DNA of 64,000 nt from Nemertoderma westbladi. Its lineage: Eukaryota; Animalia; Xenacoelomorpha. The number at the start of each line of letters is the position of its first letter. Position 1 is the first letter of the stretch. The position numbers were made by a program, and so were the translations under genes. Positions 62,194-64,000 of the stretch are shown piece by piece. The stretch spans positions 1-64,000 of the forward strand of contig JAUCBJ010000865.1 of the NCBI GenBank assembly GCA_032718475.1, read 5' to 3'. Below the pieces are notes generated by a model. The model was not told the origin of the DNA, made no database searches, and saw only the letters and a program-made list of their open reading frames with translations.

Positions 62194-64000
62194 TATAGAA
62201 TTATATTCCCTAAATGCCGTGGATTTTCAAAATTTTATTTTATTCGAATTAACTTTGTAAAGATTGCTTTGAGTTCTCATTAGTATTGGTTCTATCTATT
62301 GTGTATCTATCGGTCAAGTGGTTCAGTAGCTCAGTTGGTAGAGCGTTGGAAATTATATGTGTAGTAGGTATCGAGTTCGAATCCTAGTAAGTGCGAATTA
62401 TTTTTTGTGCAGAATTTCAACTCATTTAAATTAACCGCTACAAATTAATTGCATTTGTCTGTACCAATAAGGCTGTAGTTATTTGATTGTAACCAATGTC
62501 GTGCAAGTTATATATTAGCTGGACCAATAAGCTATCTTTAAAACCTTGTTAGAACCCATAGAACAATCGAGAATTTTCTCGATTGATTGCGGCACAAATT
62601 TGCTATATAAAGGTGCGATTTGTTCATTAGTTATCAAAACTTATTCACATCTTATATCTCAATCTTTCACAGATTATCTTATCAATATTCTGTCGTGCTT
62701 AGTTTATTCTCAGATTACATTGTATTATAATTGTGTCTTCTGTAATAAAGTCAGAATATTCTCTCAGCTTTTCTGTTTTACTATGAATTCACTACGGTGA
62801 ACAAACTCAGGGACAGGATGGCCGGCTAAAGATCGGGCCGCAGCAATGAACGGGAACATCACGGGAATGTAGACGAGAGACAACCCGCAATACCATTTAG
62901 AGTTATTCGCCCATCGCCTGAAAGGTTAGACAGCGTTCGATCCTTGCTACCTAAGTATAAGACCAAAAGATCAAAAGGTAGACGTAGTGACACGCTGCAA
63001 GCCTAAAATTACATCATAGGGACTGTACTGTCTTGATTCAGGAAAACCCACAGTAGACCTTCACATTCCTACGGGGGAGGGAGAGAGAGCAGATACTAGT
63101 ACGCAGATAGGACGTAGGCACACCGGTACAAGGCATACACATTGGTTAGGGTGCAGCAAACTGTACGCTTAACTCTTGCTAAGTACAGGTGCGTGTGCGA
63201 CTATTTGCAGTACGACAGTGTCCATTGCATCAGAACTTGTAGGCTAAGGGGGTTGCTGTGTTTTCACCTGAATTGGGATTGTGCCGTTCAGGCGGTAGGG
63301 CAGTTTACGCTAGGCGCAAATAAATTGAGGCTATCAGGGATATACTAACATCTACCGTGTCCCCGCCAACGCCCTGATAGGAAGTTACCTGGACTACCTG
63401 GGTGACTAAAATTCTAGATAGGAGCCAGGATAGCTATTAGTACCCGTACGCCTACAGTAGTAAACTAACACATCTCTTCTTAGTATCAGGGACCTGGTAC
63501 CTAAAATTGCCGAATTCTGGGCGTAGTATTAACCTTATGCCTGAATTTGAGTCCTGGAAATACGCAAGAGGGGAAGGAACCTTATCATTCGTAAGTATTG
63601 GACCTACAAGTTACAAAATTAGAATATTCGTAAAATGCACACCGTATCCAGTAATTATATATGTGAAGGAGCAAAACTGTTTTGACCGTTCAGAATTAAC
63701 ACACGCGCGTTAGAAATTATTTACACCTCGAAATATATAAAATTAACTTTGTCCGTACTGTGCTTTGCCCGCTAGTTAGACATCTCCAAATCTGCTCTAT
63801 ACCTAGCTAGCGTCCCTTTGCCCAACCATATAAATCACACCGCGGCAAAGTATACGAGCCCCTTAGTCCGTCAGTGAGTCAGCCTGATTTTAGGATTCGC
63901 TGCGCGGGATTTTGTTTCATCGAAGTTTGTCTGCTCGTAGACTGTTTTCTGCCTCACCGGTTATAAGAGATCGATACTGCAATATATTCGCTTACTTAGA
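62194..64000 (+). repeat. 3' LTR (truncated by the window end)
   Basis: Near-identical to 44150-45956; preceded by a short purine-rich GGAGCGG. Confidence 0.9.

Larger units (their letters stand above)
44150..64000 (+). mobile_element. Giant BEL/Pao LTR retrotransposon with gag, pol and an extra ORF3; extends past the window end
   Basis: Direct repeats offset by 18044 bp; BEL-type gag knuckles, YVDD RT, FSDAS RNase H and BEL-type integrase. Confidence 0.93.

Overview
Eukaryotic DNA, most likely from an invertebrate metazoan: AT-rich non-coding sequence, spliceosomal GT-AG introns and dense transposon content. No prokaryotic systems or CRISPR arrays were seen. Host genes are RNA polymerase II largest subunit RPB1/POLR2A (minus strand, 3 coding exons, about 2026 aa, about 59 CTD repeats), an intronless protein xylosyltransferase, and two paralogous small secreted precursors of a predicted C-x10-C cyclic peptide (1752-1967, 24660-24869). 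The last 20 kb is one very large, recently inserted BEL/Pao LTR retrotransposon (44150 to beyond 64000; LTRs at least 1.8 kb and nearly identical). Unusually, its gag and pol are separate ORFs, and a third 1241-aa ORF carries a DEDDy (WRN/Mut-7/EXD-type) 3'-5' exonuclease-like domain, three CCHC zinc knuckles and an RG tail. It also has a 20-bp quasi-palindrome repeated 12 times across reading frames and a tRNA-like Pol III unit in its LTRs. The first 8 kb holds two families of short elements that join a tRNA-type promoter to a minimal type I hammerhead ribozyme (one tandem array, one inverted pair). The remainder is a dead Ty3/gypsy element, two RTE LINE fragments and nested non-autonomous DNA transposons. 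All calls come from reading the sequence; no searches were run.
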